A DNA stretch of 64,000 nucleotides from Microbacteriaceae bacterium (lineage in GTDB: Bacteria > Actinomycetota > Actinomycetes > Actinomycetales > Microbacteriaceae), in NCBI GenBank assembly GCA_014378715.1, contig JACMNE010000004.1, forward strand, positions 7,725 to 71,724. Reading direction: 5' to 3'. This document shows positions 1 through 10,032 of the stretch, in pieces. Both the position numbers and the translations under genes were made by a program. Position 1 is the stretch's first letter, and each line of letters begins with the position of its first letter. The notes beneath the pieces are model-generated. The model saw only the letters and a program-made list of their open reading frames with translations. It did not search any database and was not told where the DNA came from.

Positions 1-729
1 GACACCCTGCTTGATGAAGGCGACGCGCTCGAGTCCCATGCCGGTATCGATGTTCTTCATCGGCAGCTCGCCCAGGATCTCGAACTCCTTACCCGCTCCC
101 GATCCGCGCAGGAACTGCATGAACACGAGGTTCCAGATCTCGATGTAGCGGTCGTCGTCGGCCGCGGGTCCCCCCTCGCGGCCGTAGGCGGGGCCCCGGT
201 CGTAGAAGATCTCGGAGCTGGGGCCGGCCGGGCCCGGCTGGCCGGTGGACCAGTAGTTGGAGTCCATGCCGAGGCGCTGGATGCGCTCGTCGGGCAGGCC
301 CGCGATCTTCTTCCACAGGGCGACGGCCTCGTCGTCCTTCTCATAGACGGTGACCCAGAGGTCCTTCTCGTCGAAGCCGAGCCCGCCGTCGGCCTCGCTC
401 GCGGTCAGCAGCTCCCAGGCGTAGGCGATCGCCTGCTCCTTGAAATAGTCGCCGAAGGAGAAGTTGCCGTTCATCTGGAAGAAGGTGCCGTGGCGGGTGG
501 TCTTGCCCACCTCCTCGATGTCGAGGGTGCGGATGCACTTCTGCACGCTCGTCGCGCGCGGGTACGGTGAAGGCACCAACCCGGTGAGGTAGGGCACGAA
601 CGGCACCATCCCGGCGACCGTGAACAGCAGGGTCGGGTCGTCGCTGACGAGGGAGGCCGACGGTACAACGGTGTGGCCGCGGTCGGCGAAGTAGTCGAGC
701 CAGCGGCGGCGGATGTCAGCGGTCTGCAT
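1..729 (-). CDS. alaS: Alanine--tRNA ligase, N-terminal 243 codons (rest of gene lies beyond window start)
   Basis: Own translation of minus strand from ATG 729-727: [44 protein letters not shown]...[35 protein letters not shown], typical AlaRS N-terminus. Frame stays open to nt 1. Not in the ORF track because it is cut by the window edge. Confidence 0.9.
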   Translation of the reverse strand, partial: MQTADIRRRWLDYFADRGHTVVPSASLVSDDPTLLFTVAGMVPFVPYLTGLVPSPYPRATSVQKCIRTLDIEEVGKTTRHGTFFQMNGNFSFGDYFKEQAIAYAWELLTASEADGGLGFDEKDLWVTVYEKDDEAVALWKKIAGLPDERIQRLGMDSNYWSTGQPGPAGPSSEIFYDRGPAYGREGGPAADDDRYIEIWNLVFMQFLRGSGAGKEFEILGELPMKNIDTGMGLERVAFIKQGV

Positions 730-780
730 GGTGTCCAAAACGGTGGGAGGTGCCGGGAGGCACCTGGGTGGTGGGTGGTG

Positions 781-1005
781 TCAGTCCTTGTTCGTGAGGC
801 CGGCGATGATGTCCTCCGCCTCGTCGACGGCCGTGCGCAGCTCGGTCGAGCGGTCGGTGTAGCCGTCGCGCACGGCGGAGGTGAACTCGTCGACCCGGCC
901 TCCGACGTTCTCGAAGAACGCGCGTCCCTGCGTGGTGCGGTTGATCTGGTGGGCGGCGGCGAAGCCTAGTCCGACGCCGACAATGAGCCAGAGTGCACTC
1001 TTCAT
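781..1005 (-). CDS. Small membrane-anchored hypothetical protein (YtxH/DUF948-like)
   Basis: ORF track 781..1047. One N-terminal TM helix (ALWLIVGVGLGFAAAHQI) followed by a charged helical tail. Start moved to ATG 1005, which has GAAGGG 8 nt upstream. Confidence 0.55.
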   Translation of the reverse strand: MKSALWLIVGVGLGFAAAHQINRTTQGRAFFENVGGRVDEFTSAVRDGYTDRSTELRTAVDEAEDIIAGLTNKD

Positions 1006-1089
1006 GAGGTTGCCCTTCGGTAAGCGGATGATGGCGGTGCCGGGCACCGCAGGCCAGTTTACCGGCGGCGGCCCGCGCGGTTAACGCAC

Positions 1090-1121
1090 GGAAGCGGGCC
1101 ACCAGAAGGTGGCCCGCTTCC
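1090..1121 (-). terminator. Stem-loop terminator downstream of rpsD
   Basis: Perfect 14-bp stem GGAAGCGGGCCACC / GGTGGCCCGCTTCC with loop AGAA, 38 nt after the rpsD stop. No clear U-tract, as is common in high-GC actinobacteria. Confidence 0.55.
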
Positions 1122-1158
1122 GAGACTGCGGTGCAGGTGGCGACATTACGCCGGATGC

Positions 1159-1788
1159 CTAGCGGGCCGCGTAGTACTCCACGACGAGCTGGACTTCACA
1201 GGTCACTGGCACTTCGATGCGCTTCGGGCGACGGAGCAGGCGGGCCTGCAGCTTGTCGATCTCCACCTCGAGGTACGGCGGGAGCTTCGGGAGGAGGTCG
1301 ACGTGACCTCCGGCCGCGGCGACCTGGAAGGGCTCCAGTCCCTCGCTCTTCGGGTGAACGTGGATCAGCTGACCCTCTTTCACGCGGAACGACGGACGGT
1401 CGACTCGGGCTCCGTCGACCAGGATGTGGCGGTGCACGATGAGCTGGCGGGCCTGGGCGGTCGTGCGGGCGATGCCGGCACGGACGACGAGAGCATCGAG
1501 ACGCATCTCCAGCAGCTCGACGAGGTTCTCACCCGTCAGGCCGGCGGCGCGACGCGCCTCCTGGAAGACGATCTTCAGCTGCGCTTCGCGGATGCCGTAC
1601 TGGGCACGCAGGCGCTGCTTCTCGCGAAGGCGCACGGCGTAGTCGGAGTCGGTCTTGCGCTTGGTGCGGCCGTGCTCACCCGGAGCGTAGGGACGCTTCT
1701 CGAGGTACTTGGCTGCCTTCGGCGTGAGGGCGATGCCCAACGCGCGCGAGAGGCGGGTCTTGCTGCGAGTACGTGACTTGGTAGACAC
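1159..1788 (-). CDS. rpsD: 30S ribosomal protein S4
   Basis: ORF 1159..1806 translates to STKSRTRSKTRLSRALGIALTPKAAKYLEKRPYAPGEHGR...; S4 domain present. Start set at GTG 1788 (VSTKSR), preceded by GAAAGGAA. Confidence 0.93.
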   Translation of the reverse strand: MSTKSRTRSKTRLSRALGIALTPKAAKYLEKRPYAPGEHGRTKRKTDSDYAVRLREKQRLRAQYGIREAQLKIVFQEARRAAGLTGENLVELLEMRLDALVVRAGIARTTAQARQLIVHRHILVDGARVDRPSFRVKEGQLIHVHPKSEGLEPFQVAAAGGHVDLLPKLPPYLEVEIDKLQARLLRRPKRIEVPVTCEVQLVVEYYAAR

Positions 1789-1988
1789 GGGTTCCTTTCG
1801 GTACAAAAATCATCGGTCTTCAACTGGGGCGGCGGACGAGAAGCACAGCAGGCGCCGTGAACCGTTCCGTGTGAGAAGAGGGATGCGCCGCGGGAGCGGT
1901 CCGGCTACAGGACGTCTCCCTTCAGGACAGTGACAGCAGCAGCCGTGCGCGGTCGTGTCCTGTAGGCGGGGAAAAGAATATCACGCTT

Positions 1989-3329
1989 TCAGGAGCCGCG
2001 GATGATGCGGCGCAGGCGTTCGAGGCGCGCCGCGACATCGCGTTCGTTGCCGTTGCCGGTCGGCTCGTAGTACTCGGTGCCGCGCAGCTCGTCAGGCAGG
2101 TACTGCTGCTGCGCGACCCCGTGCTCGGCGTCGTGCGAGTAGACGTATCCCTTGCCGTGGCCGAGGCGCTTCGCGCCCGGGTAGTGGGCGTCGCGCAATG
2201 GCTTCGGCACCCGCCCGAAGTCGCCGGCGCGGACATCCGCTATCGCCCGGTCGATCGCTAGGTAGGAGCGGTTCGACTTCGGGGCGGTCGCGAGGTAGAC
2301 GACGGCCTCGGCAAGGGGGATGCGGCCCTCCGGCATACCGATGAGCTGCACGGCGTCGGCCGCCGCGACGGCGATGACGAGCGCATGCGGGTCGGCCATG
2401 CCGATGTCCTCGGACGCGCTGATGATGATCCGGCGGGCGATGAAGCGCGGGTCCTCCCCCGCCTCGATCATCCTGGCGAGGTAGTGGATAGCGGCGTCGA
2501 CGTCGGAGCCGCGCACCGACTTGATGAACGCGCTGATCACGTCGTAGTGCTCGTCGCCGTTGCGGTCGTAGCGCAGCAGGGCCCGGTCGACGGCAGCGGC
2601 GACGATCTCCTTGGTCACCACGGGCCCCCCCGGCGCCTCCGTGTCGCTCGTGGTCGAGGCGGAGAGCGCGGCCGCCTCGAGCGCGGTGAGGGCACGGCGG
2701 GCGTCGCCGGAGGAGAGGCGGATGATGGTCGCCCGCGCCTCCGGGTCGAGGGTCACGGCGCCGTCGAGCCCACGCGGGTCGGCGACGGCGCGGTCGATGA
2801 CGGTGCCGAGGTCCTCGTCGGAGAGGGCTTCGAGGGTGAGAAGCAGCGAGCGGGACAGCAGCGGCGAGATGATCGAGAATGAGGGGTTCTCGGTGGTGGC
2901 CGCGACGAGGATGACCCAGCCGTTCTCTACCCCTGGCAGCAGCGCGTCCTGCTGCGCCTTCGTGAACCGGTGGATCTCGTCGAGGAACAGCACCGTCGAC
3001 ACGCCGTAGAGGTCGCGGGCCGACATGGCCTCCTCCATCACCTGCCGCACGTCCTTCACCCCCGCGTTGACGGCGGAGAGCTCGACGAAATTGCGGCCGG
3101 AGCTGTGGGCGATGGCCTGCGCGAGGGTCGTCTTGCCGGTGCCGGGCGGGCCCCAGAGGATCACCGAGACGGAGCCGCGCTCCCCGGTCTTGTCGGTGGC
3201 GAGGCTGACGAGCGGCGAGCCGGGCCCGAGGAGGTGTTTCTGGCCGGCGACCTCGTCGAGGCTCCTCGGGCGCATCCGCACCGCCAGCGGGGTCGCCCCA
3301 CCGCGCAGTCCGATCCGGGCGTCCACCAT
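1989..3329 (-). CDS. rarA: Replication-associated recombination protein A (AAA+ ATPase RarA/MgsA)
   Basis: Walker [22 protein letters not shown]-terminal MgsA domain ([18 protein letters not shown]). The 504-aa ORF was trimmed to ATG 3329 ([11 protein letters not shown]...); the Arg/Pro-rich extension is non-coding-like. Confidence 0.9.
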   Translation of the reverse strand: MVDARIGLRGGATPLAVRMRPRSLDEVAGQKHLLGPGSPLVSLATDKTGERGSVSVILWGPPGTGKTTLAQAIAHSSGRNFVELSAVNAGVKDVRQVMEEAMSARDLYGVSTVLFLDEIHRFTKAQQDALLPGVENGWVILVAATTENPSFSIISPLLSRSLLLTLEALSDEDLGTVIDRAVADPRGLDGAVTLDPEARATIIRLSSGDARRALTALEAAALSASTTSDTEAPGGPVVTKEIVAAAVDRALLRYDRNGDEHYDVISAFIKSVRGSDVDAAIHYLARMIEAGEDPRFIARRIIISASEDIGMADPHALVIAVAAADAVQLIGMPEGRIPLAEAVVYLATAPKSNRSYLAIDRAIADVRAGDFGRVPKPLRDAHYPGAKRLGHGKGYVYSHDAEHGVAQQQYLPDELRGTEYYEPTGNGNERDVAARLERLRRIIRGS

Positions 3330-3433
3330 GCCTCCAATCGTACGTGGCGCCCCCGGCCGCGGCCTGCCGCGCGCACCCCGGCCGGTGCGCGCCGATACAG
3401 TTCTGGGGGGACATCCCGATCGACGGAGGAAAC

Positions 3434-4240
3434 GTGGCACCGAGCAAGAACGTCGACCGCGAGGCACGGGAGGCGCGGATGCGCATGCGCCGGTTCGCCG
3501 CACGGCAGCGGGTCCACGCCCACCAGGTCGCGCGTCGCCGCAGGGACAACATCCTTGCCGTCACCGCCGTCGTCGTCATCGCGACGCTCGCCGCCGTCGC
3601 CCAGATCTACTACTTCTCAGCAGGCCCCGGCACGCCGGAGCCGGTCGCGTCGCCGTCGGCGTCACCCTCCGCCTCTCCCGACGCCGTCGGCAACGTGGGG
3701 AACGTGCCCTCGGCCGAGATCGCGGCGGGCCGCGCCTGGACCGGCGACCTCACGCTCAACGGCATCGATCTCGGCATCCGCATCGACGGCGACCTCGCGC
3801 CCCAGGCCGCATCCGTGTTCATCTCGCTGCAGCAGTCCGGCTACTACACGAACAACGCCTGCCAGCGTCTCACGACCTCCGACCAGCTGAAGGTGCTTCA
3901 GTGTGGCCAGCCGAACCTCGAGGGCTCGCCCGAACAGGGCTTCAGCTTCGGCCCGCTCGAGAACGTGCCGGCCGACGGCGTCTACCCGGCTGGCACGATC
4001 GCCATGGCGCGAGCAGCGACGCCCGAGAGCATGTCGACCCAGTTCTTCATCACCTACGGCGACTCGGTGCTCGACACCGCCGCGACCGGTGGCGGCTACA
4101 CGGTCTTCGGGCAGGTCACGAGCGGTCTCGACGAGTTCGTCGCGCAGATCGCGAGCGCCGGAGTCACCTCCGGCGGTTCCTCGGCGACCGACGGGCAGCC
4201 GGCTATCGCGACCACGATCACGTCCCTGACCCTTCAGTAG
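3434..4240 (+). CDS. Membrane-anchored cyclophilin-type peptidyl-prolyl cis-trans isomerase
   Basis: Cyclophilin motifs [10 protein letters not shown] and [12 protein letters not shown]; N-terminal TM helix [22 protein letters not shown]. Start at GTG 3434, with GGAGGA 4 nt upstream. Confidence 0.85.
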   Translation: MAPSKNVDREAREARMRMRRFAARQRVHAHQVARRRRDNILAVTAVVVIATLAAVAQIYYFSAGPGTPEPVASPSASPSASPDAVGNVGNVPSAEIAAGRAWTGDLTLNGIDLGIRIDGDLAPQAASVFISLQQSGYYTNNACQRLTTSDQLKVLQCGQPNLEGSPEQGFSFGPLENVPADGVYPAGTIAMARAATPESMSTQFFITYGDSVLDTAATGGGYTVFGQVTSGLDEFVAQIASAGVTSGGSSATDGQPAIATTITSLTLQ

Positions 4241-4356
4241 GGACCGTCCCCGCGGCCGAACTGACACTCCAGCGGGACGAAGCGACGATTCCCGGGGGCT
4301 GACTGTGCAATAGGCTGGACCACGGCCGCTCCGACCGGAACGGCCAGAGCAGCAAG

Positions 4357-5598
4357 GTGAGACTTTTGGCGACCAACGATCAGGCACCCTGGGGCCGCGT
4401 CGACGAGACAGGTACCGTCTTCGTGCGCGAAGCAGACGGCGAACGCGCCGTCGGCCAGTATCCCGACGGCACAGCGGAAGAGGCCCTCGCCTACTTCCAG
4501 CGCAAATTCACCGAACTCGCGGGCCAGGTGACCCTCCTCGAGCAGCGAATCAAGCGCGGCACGGCGGTCGCCGACGTTGCGAAGACGATCTCAACCCTTA
4601 CGGCGAACATCGCGACGGCCAACGCCGTCGGCGACCTGCAGGCGCTGCAGCGTCGTCTTGAGGCTCTCGGCGGTGCCGTCGGCGAGATCGTCGAGAAGCA
4701 GTCCATCGAGCAGAAGGCGCAGGTCGACTCGGCCATCGCCGAGCGCGCGTCGCTCGTCACCGAGGCGGAGGCCCTCGCGGCCCAGGACCCGGCGAAGGTG
4801 CAGTGGAAGCAGGTGAGCGCCGAGCTCGACGAGATCTTCGCGCGCTGGCAGAAGCACCAGCAGGACGGCCCGCGCCTGCCCAAGACCGAGAGCAATGAGC
4901 TGTGGAAGCGCTTCCGCGCCGCCCGCACGATCATCGAGACGCACCGCAAGGCGTTCTTCGCCGAGCTCGACTCCGTACACAAGGACGCCCGCAACAAGAA
5001 GCAGGAGCTCGTCGAGAAGGCCGAGGCCCTCGTACCGAAGGGCGTCGACGGCATTCCCGCCTACCGGCAACTGCTCGACGCATGGAAGCTCGCCGGCCGC
5101 GCCGGCAAGAAGTTCGACGACGCCCTCTGGGCGAAGTTCAAGACCGCAGGCGACTCCCTCTATTCCGCGAAGGCGGATGTCGAGGCCCTCGACGACGAGG
5201 AGTACGCCGGCAACTACGAGCAGAAGCTCGCTCTCCTCGCCGAGGCCGAGCCGCTGCTCACCGAGACCGACCGCACCAAGGCGAAGGCCGCCCTCCTCGA
5301 CATCCAGACCCGCTGGGACGCGATCGGCAAGGTCCCCCGCGACAAGGTCAAGGTGGTCGAGGACCGCATCCGCAAGGTGGAGGCCGTTGTGCGCAAGCTC
5401 GACGAGGACCACTGGGAGCGCAACAACCCCGAGCGTAAAGCGCGCTCGGAGGGACTCGCGAGCCAGCTGCAGGACGCGATCGGCAAGCTCGAGCGCGAGC
5501 TCGCTGAGGCGAAGACCTCCGGCGATACGCGCCGGATCGCCGAGGCCCAGGAGGCGCTCGACGCCCGCAGGGTGTGGCTGGACGCGCTCGGCGGCTGA
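4357..5598 (+). CDS. DUF349 domain-containing protein
   Basis: 413-aa helical repeat protein with repeated WKxF / RWxxIG units (LWKRFRAAR, ALWAKFKTAGD, IQTRWDAIGKVPRD), characteristic of actinobacterial DUF349. Confidence 0.8.
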   Translation: MRLLATNDQAPWGRVDETGTVFVREADGERAVGQYPDGTAEEALAYFQRKFTELAGQVTLLEQRIKRGTAVADVAKTISTLTANIATANAVGDLQALQRRLEALGGAVGEIVEKQSIEQKAQVDSAIAERASLVTEAEALAAQDPAKVQWKQVSAELDEIFARWQKHQQDGPRLPKTESNELWKRFRAARTIIETHRKAFFAELDSVHKDARNKKQELVEKAEALVPKGVDGIPAYRQLLDAWKLAGRAGKKFDDALWAKFKTAGDSLYSAKADVEALDDEEYAGNYEQKLALLAEAEPLLTETDRTKAKAALLDIQTRWDAIGKVPRDKVKVVEDRIRKVEAVVRKLDEDHWERNNPERKARSEGLASQLQDAIGKLERELAEAKTSGDTRRIAEAQEALDARRVWLDALGG

Positions 5599-5621
5599 TC
5601 CCCGCGACATCTGCTTCACCC

Positions 5622-5650
5622 TGGACAGGAGGTCTCGCGCCTCCTGTCCA
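5622..5650 (+). terminator. Stem-loop terminator after the DUF349 gene
   Basis: Perfect 11-bp stem TGGACAGGAGG / CCTCCTGTCCA with loop TCTCGCG, 24 nt after the stop codon. Confidence 0.55.
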
Positions 5651-5719
5651 CAGGGGTCTGGAATGCACAGTTGTGGCCCTGAGGCGGAGGATCGACTCCG
5701 GCACGCGGGACCATGGGGG

Positions 5720-6259
5720 ATGCCCAGGTACCTTCCTCCCGTCCTCACGCGGGACGACCTGCCGGAGGCCGAGCTGTGCGCCGCCCGGCTCGACGGCGAG
5801 GTGTTCGAGCTCGGCGAGTGCTTCTGGCCGGTCGACACCTTCGAGGGGGCCGCGGAGCGCGGCGCGTCCCTCGCCGCGGTGCTCCCCCGGCGGCTGATCG
5901 CTGAGCGGCTGACGGCCGCGTGGGTGCATGGGGCGGTCTCCTCGCTGCCTAGACCGCTCCAGCTCGCCGTCGACACGTCGGCCCGCTACCGCTCCCCCGG
6001 GGAGCGCGTCGAGCTGCGCGAGGTGGTGCTCGAGGCGGGCGACACCGAGGTGCACGGTGGTCTCACGGTCACCTCCCCCCGCCGCACCGTCATCGACCTC
6101 GCCAGGTTCAGTGCCGGGTTCGGCGACGCAGAGAGGATGATCGTCGCCGCTCTGGCCGCCGTAGGCGGGTTCGAGCTGGCCGACGTCGTGGAGCACCTAC
6201 AGCACCGCCGGCACCTGCCTGGCAAGCTGCGTGCCGCCCAGCGCCTGAGGACCGCCTGA
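5720..6259 (+). CDS. Hypothetical protein with AbiEi-antitoxin-like motif
   Basis: In-frame tail of ORF 4895..6259, starting at ATG 5720 (MPRYLPPVLTRDDLPEAELCAARLDGEVFELG...). Contains GGLTVTSPRRTVIDLARF, resembling the AbiEi family TSPxRTxxDLA motif. High GC3. Confidence 0.5.
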   Translation: MPRYLPPVLTRDDLPEAELCAARLDGEVFELGECFWPVDTFEGAAERGASLAAVLPRRLIAERLTAAWVHGAVSSLPRPLQLAVDTSARYRSPGERVELREVVLEAGDTEVHGGLTVTSPRRTVIDLARFSAGFGDAERMIVAALAAVGGFELADVVEHLQHRRHLPGKLRAAQRLRTA

Positions 6260-6270
6260 GGACCGCCTGA
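6243..6270. repeat. 11-bp tandem repeat x2.5 (GCCTGAGGACC) spanning a stop codon
   Basis: gcctgaggacc gcctgaggacc gcctga. The TGA stop of the 5720..6259 CDS lies in the second unit. Confidence 0.8.
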
Positions 6271-6348
6271 CCCGCCGGCCTGCCTCCGGTGACCGAACGT
6301 CACCCGGCGTACTGGGGAACGCCTGCGACGTCTTCCCGATGTGAGCGT

Positions 6349-8604
6349 CTAACCGGCGCTTACCCTGTAGACGTCGTAGACGGCGTCGATGCGCCGCACC
6401 GCGTTCAGGACCCGGTCGAGGTGGGTGGTGTCGCCCATCTCGAAGACGAACCGGCTGATCGCCAGGCGGTCGCTCGAGGTGGAGACCGTCGCCGACAGGA
6501 TGTTCACGTGGTGCTCGGAGAGCACCCGGGTGACGTCGGAGAGGAGGCCCGCCCGGTCGAGCGCCTCGACCTGGATCTGCACCAGGAAGATGCTCTTCGA
6601 CGACGGCGCCCACTCGACGTCGATCATCCGCTCGGGTTCGGTGCGCAGCGACTCGACGTTACGGCAATCCGACTGGTGCACCGAGACGCCAGCGCCCCGG
6701 GTGACGAACCCGACGATCGCGTCTCCCGGTACCGGGGTGCAGCACTTCGCGAGCTTGACGAGAATGTCGGGCGCCCCGCGCACGAGCACCCCGGAGTCGC
6801 TGTTGCGCAGCTGCTTCGACTTGCCGCGGCTGGGCAGGGTGAGCTCGGCGTCCTCGGCCTCCGCCTCGGTGTTGATCGTCGCGAGCACCCGCTCGAGCAC
6901 CGACTGGGTCGAAACGTGTCCCTCGCCGACGGCCGCGTAGAGCGCGGAGACGTCGTCGTAGCGCATCTGCGACGCCACGCTGCTGATCGAGTCCTGGCTC
7001 ATCAGCTTCTGCAGAGGCAGGTTCTGTTTGCGCATCGCACGGGCGATGGCGTCACGGCCCTGCTCGATGGCCTCGTCGCGCCGTTCCTTGGTGAACCACT
7101 GCTTGATCTTGTTGCGAGCCCTCGGGCTCTTGACGAAGTTCAGCCAGTCCTGGCTGGGGCCGGAGTCGGGGTTCTTCGAGGTGAACACTTCGACGACGTC
7201 GCCGCTGTTGAGCACGGTCTCGAGGGGCACGAGCCGTCCGTTGACCTTCGACCCCATGGTGCGGTGGCCGACCTCCGTGTGCACGCCATAGGCGAAGTCC
7301 ACGGGGGTGGCCCCGGCCGGGAGGCCGATGACCTTTCCCTGCGGGGTGAAGACATAGACCTCCTTGGCTCCGATCTCGAAGCGCAGGGAGTCGAGGAACT
7401 CGCTCGGGTCGACGGTTTCGGCCTGCCAGTCGCTGATGTGCGCCAGCCAGGCCATGTCGCCGTCGTCGGTGAGGGCGCCCCCGGAGCTTTTGCCGCCGTT
7501 GACCCGCTCCTTGTACTTCCAGTGGGCGGCAACGCCGTACTCGGCCCGGCGGTGCATCTCCTCCGTGCGGATCTGGATCTCGACCGGGCGCCCGTTCGGG
7601 CCGATGACGGTCGTGTGCAGGGACTGGTACAGGTTGAACTTGGGGGTGGCGATGTAGTCCTTGAAGCGGCCAGGGATCGGGGTCCACCTGGCGTGGATCG
7701 CGCCGAGCACGGCGTAGCAGTCCCGCAGTGAGGTGACGAGCACCCGGATGCCGACGAGGTCGTAGATCTCGTCGAACTCGCGGCCGCGCACGACCATCTT
7801 CTGGTAGATCGAGTAGTACTGCTTCGGGCGGCCAGCGACCTTGCCTTTGATGCGGTTGACCTTGAGGTCGTCGCTGACGGCGTCGATGACCGCCTGCACG
7901 AACTCCTCCCGCTTGGGGGTGCGCTGCCGCACAAGGCTCTCGATCTCGACGTAGAGCTTGGGGTAGAGCACCGCGAACGACAGGTCCTCGAGCTCCCACT
8001 TGATCGTCTGGATGCCGAGCCGGTGCGCGAGCGGAGCGTAGATCTCCAGAGTCTCCTGGGCTTTGCGCCTGGCCGACTCCGACTCGACGAATCCCCAGGT
8101 GCGGGCGTTGTGCAGGCGGTCTGCGAGTTTGATGACCAGCACGCGGATGTCCTTCGACATCGCCACGACCATCTTGCGTACCGTCTCGGCCTGGGCGCTG
8201 TCACCGTACTTGAGCTTGTCGAGCTTGGTGACCCCGTCGACGAGCATCGCGATCTCGTCGCCGTACTCCTCGCGGAGCACGTCGAGGCTGTAGTCGGTGT
8301 CCTCCACCGTGTCGTGCAGGATCGCGGCGGCGAGGGTCTTCGGCCCGATCCCCAGGTCGGCCAGGATCTGTGCCACGGCGATGGGGTGGGTGATGTACGG
8401 TTCGCCGCTCTTGCGCAGCTGCCCTCGGTGGGCCTTCTCGGCGGTCACATAGGCGCGTTCGATTATCGAGACGTCGGCCTTCGGGTGCTGTGCACGTGCC
8501 GTCTTGACGAGGCGGTCGACGGCACCGACCGGCTGCGTCTTGGAGAACAGGCGGGGTAGGAAGGCGCGCAGCGATGCGATGCTCGGCGTTGTCGTCTCGC
8601 TCAT
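6349..8604 (-). CDS. relA: Bifunctional (p)ppGpp synthetase/hydrolase (RelA/SpoT homolog)
   Basis: 751 aa with HD domain (HPIAVAQILADLG, ILHDTVEDT), synthetase domain (YKSLHTTVIG-like: YQSLHTTVIGPNGRPVEIQIRT), and TGS and ACT domains. Confidence 0.95.
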   Translation of the reverse strand: MSETTTPSIASLRAFLPRLFSKTQPVGAVDRLVKTARAQHPKADVSIIERAYVTAEKAHRGQLRKSGEPYITHPIAVAQILADLGIGPKTLAAAILHDTVEDTDYSLDVLREEYGDEIAMLVDGVTKLDKLKYGDSAQAETVRKMVVAMSKDIRVLVIKLADRLHNARTWGFVESESARRKAQETLEIYAPLAHRLGIQTIKWELEDLSFAVLYPKLYVEIESLVRQRTPKREEFVQAVIDAVSDDLKVNRIKGKVAGRPKQYYSIYQKMVVRGREFDEIYDLVGIRVLVTSLRDCYAVLGAIHARWTPIPGRFKDYIATPKFNLYQSLHTTVIGPNGRPVEIQIRTEEMHRRAEYGVAAHWKYKERVNGGKSSGGALTDDGDMAWLAHISDWQAETVDPSEFLDSLRFEIGAKEVYVFTPQGKVIGLPAGATPVDFAYGVHTEVGHRTMGSKVNGRLVPLETVLNSGDVVEVFTSKNPDSGPSQDWLNFVKSPRARNKIKQWFTKERRDEAIEQGRDAIARAMRKQNLPLQKLMSQDSISSVASQMRYDDVSALYAAVGEGHVSTQSVLERVLATINTEAEAEDAELTLPSRGKSKQLRNSDSGVLVRGAPDILVKLAKCCTPVPGDAIVGFVTRGAGVSVHQSDCRNVESLRTEPERMIDVEWAPSSKSIFLVQIQVEALDRAGLLSDVTRVLSEHHVNILSATVSTSSDRLAISRFVFEMGDTTHLDRVLNAVRRIDAVYDVYRVSAG

Positions 8605-8702
8605 TCACGCTCCCTCATCAGCAAAGCTAGCACCGGCGGCCGGGTGCCCCGTGCAGCCGCCCGGGCGGTCAGGTCGACGGCCGGTTCGACCGGGGGTGGA
8701 CT

Positions 8703-8726
8703 GCTCAGTCGACCGCTCAGTCGACC
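8703..8726. repeat. 12-bp tandem duplication (GCTCAGTCGACC x2) spanning a stop codon
   Basis: gctcagtcgacc gctcagtcgacc. The second unit carries the last codons and the stop (TCA on the plus strand, 8717-8719) of the rhodanese gene. Confidence 0.8.
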
Positions 8727-9043
8727 GTGGGCGGCGCTGAACCGTCGGCGACGATGTCACCGCCGGCGTCCCGCCAGGCGATCATGCCGCCGTCGACACT
8801 CGCCGCGTCGTAGCCCGCGTTCACGAGGGCCGACGCGACCCGGGCGGATCGCTGGCCGGAGTGGCAGACCACGAGGATCCTGGCGTCATCCGGCAGCTCT
8901 CCGACCCGCTCCTGCAGCGCCGACATGGGCAGCAGGGTCGCGAGGGGCGAGTGGCCGCGCGCCCATTCGTCTGCTTCCCGGACGTCGATGAGCAGCGTGC
9001 CGCTCTGCACCTGGCTGAGGGCGTCGGCCGCGGAGACGTTCAT
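8717..9043 (-). CDS. Single-domain rhodanese-like sulfurtransferase
   Basis: 108 aa with active-site loop CHSGQRSA. 4-nt overlap with the secF stop. Confidence 0.85.
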   Translation of the reverse strand: MNVSAADALSQVQSGTLLIDVREADEWARGHSPLATLLPMSALQERVGELPDDARILVVCHSGQRSARVASALVNAGYDAASVDGGMIAWRDAGGDIVADGSAPPTVD

Positions 9044-10032
9044 ACGAGAAGGCTCGCCTCGCGCGCGGCGAGGGTCTTCTTCGTCTGCTTCTTGATCACG
9101 TCGTCGCGTTCGCGCAGCTGCGCGTAGAGCGGGGACGCGATGAAGATCGTCGAGTAGGTGCCGATCAGGATGCCGATGAACAGGGCGAGCGAGATGTCGC
9201 GGAGGGTTCCGGCCCCTAGGAGCACCGATCCGATGAAGAGGATCGACGCAACGGGCAGTAGGGCCACGACCGAGGTGTTGATCGAGCGCACGAGCGTCTG
9301 GTTCACGGCGAGGTTCACCGACTCAGCGAAGGTGCGCCGGGACCCCGCCCCGTCCTCGCTCGTGTTCTCCCGCACCTTGTCGAAGACCACGACCGTGTCA
9401 TAGAGCGAGTAGCCAAGGATGGTGAGCAGCCCGATGACGGCGGCCGGGGTCACCTCGAAGCCGAGGACCCCGTAGACGCCGGCAGTGATCACCAGGTCGT
9501 GCAGCAGGGCGACCATGGCTGCGGCCGACATCTTCCACGTGCGGAAGTACAGGGCCATCACGATCCCGGCGAGCACGAGGAACACCACGAGTCCCCGCAG
9601 CGCCTGGGCGGTGATGTCCTGGCCCCAGGTGGCGCCGATGAACGAGGCGCTGACCTGCTCGAGGGGTACGTCGTACGCGGTGGCGAGGGCGGCCTGGAGG
9701 GAGGTGCTGTCGGTGTTCGTGAGCTGCGAGGTCTGCACACGGATGGCGGTGTCACCGACGGTCGAGATGCGCGGTGCACCGTCGGAGGTGACGGCGGCGA
9801 CGGTCTGCTCGGCGATGCCGGTGTCCAGCGGGGCGGAGAGCCCCGCGACCTGGAACTCGGAACCGCCGCGGAACTCGATGCCGAACTGGAAACCGCCTCG
9901 GGTGAAGGGCAGGGCGATCGCGAGGATGACCATCACGAGCGCGATGGAGTACCAGATCTTGCGTTTGCCGACGATGTCGAACGAGCGCTTTCCGGTGTAG
10001 AGGTCGTTTCCGAACTGGGAGAAGCTGGCCAT
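9040..10032 (-). CDS. secF: Protein translocase subunit SecF
   Basis: 330 aa, 6-TM SecF pattern (MASFSQFGNDLYTGKRSFDIVGKRKIWY...). Start overlaps the secD stop (TGATG). Confidence 0.93.
   Translation of the reverse strand: MASFSQFGNDLYTGKRSFDIVGKRKIWYSIALVMVILAIALPFTRGGFQFGIEFRGGSEFQVAGLSAPLDTGIAEQTVAAVTSDGAPRISTVGDTAIRVQTSQLTNTDSTSLQAALATAYDVPLEQVSASFIGATWGQDITAQALRGLVVFLVLAGIVMALYFRTWKMSAAAMVALLHDLVITAGVYGVLGFEVTPAAVIGLLTILGYSLYDTVVVFDKVRENTSEDGAGSRRTFAESVNLAVNQTLVRSINTSVVALLPVASILFIGSVLLGAGTLRDISLALFIGILIGTYSTIFIASPLYAQLRERDDVIKKQTKKTLAAREASLLV

Noticed and set aside
5720-6259. AbiEi-like protein as half of a type IV toxin-antitoxin or abortive-infection pair
   Set aside because: Only a short TSPRRTVIDLARF-type motif supports the assignment. 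No AbiEii nucleotidyltransferase or any other partner gene follows, because the next gene is convergent relA.
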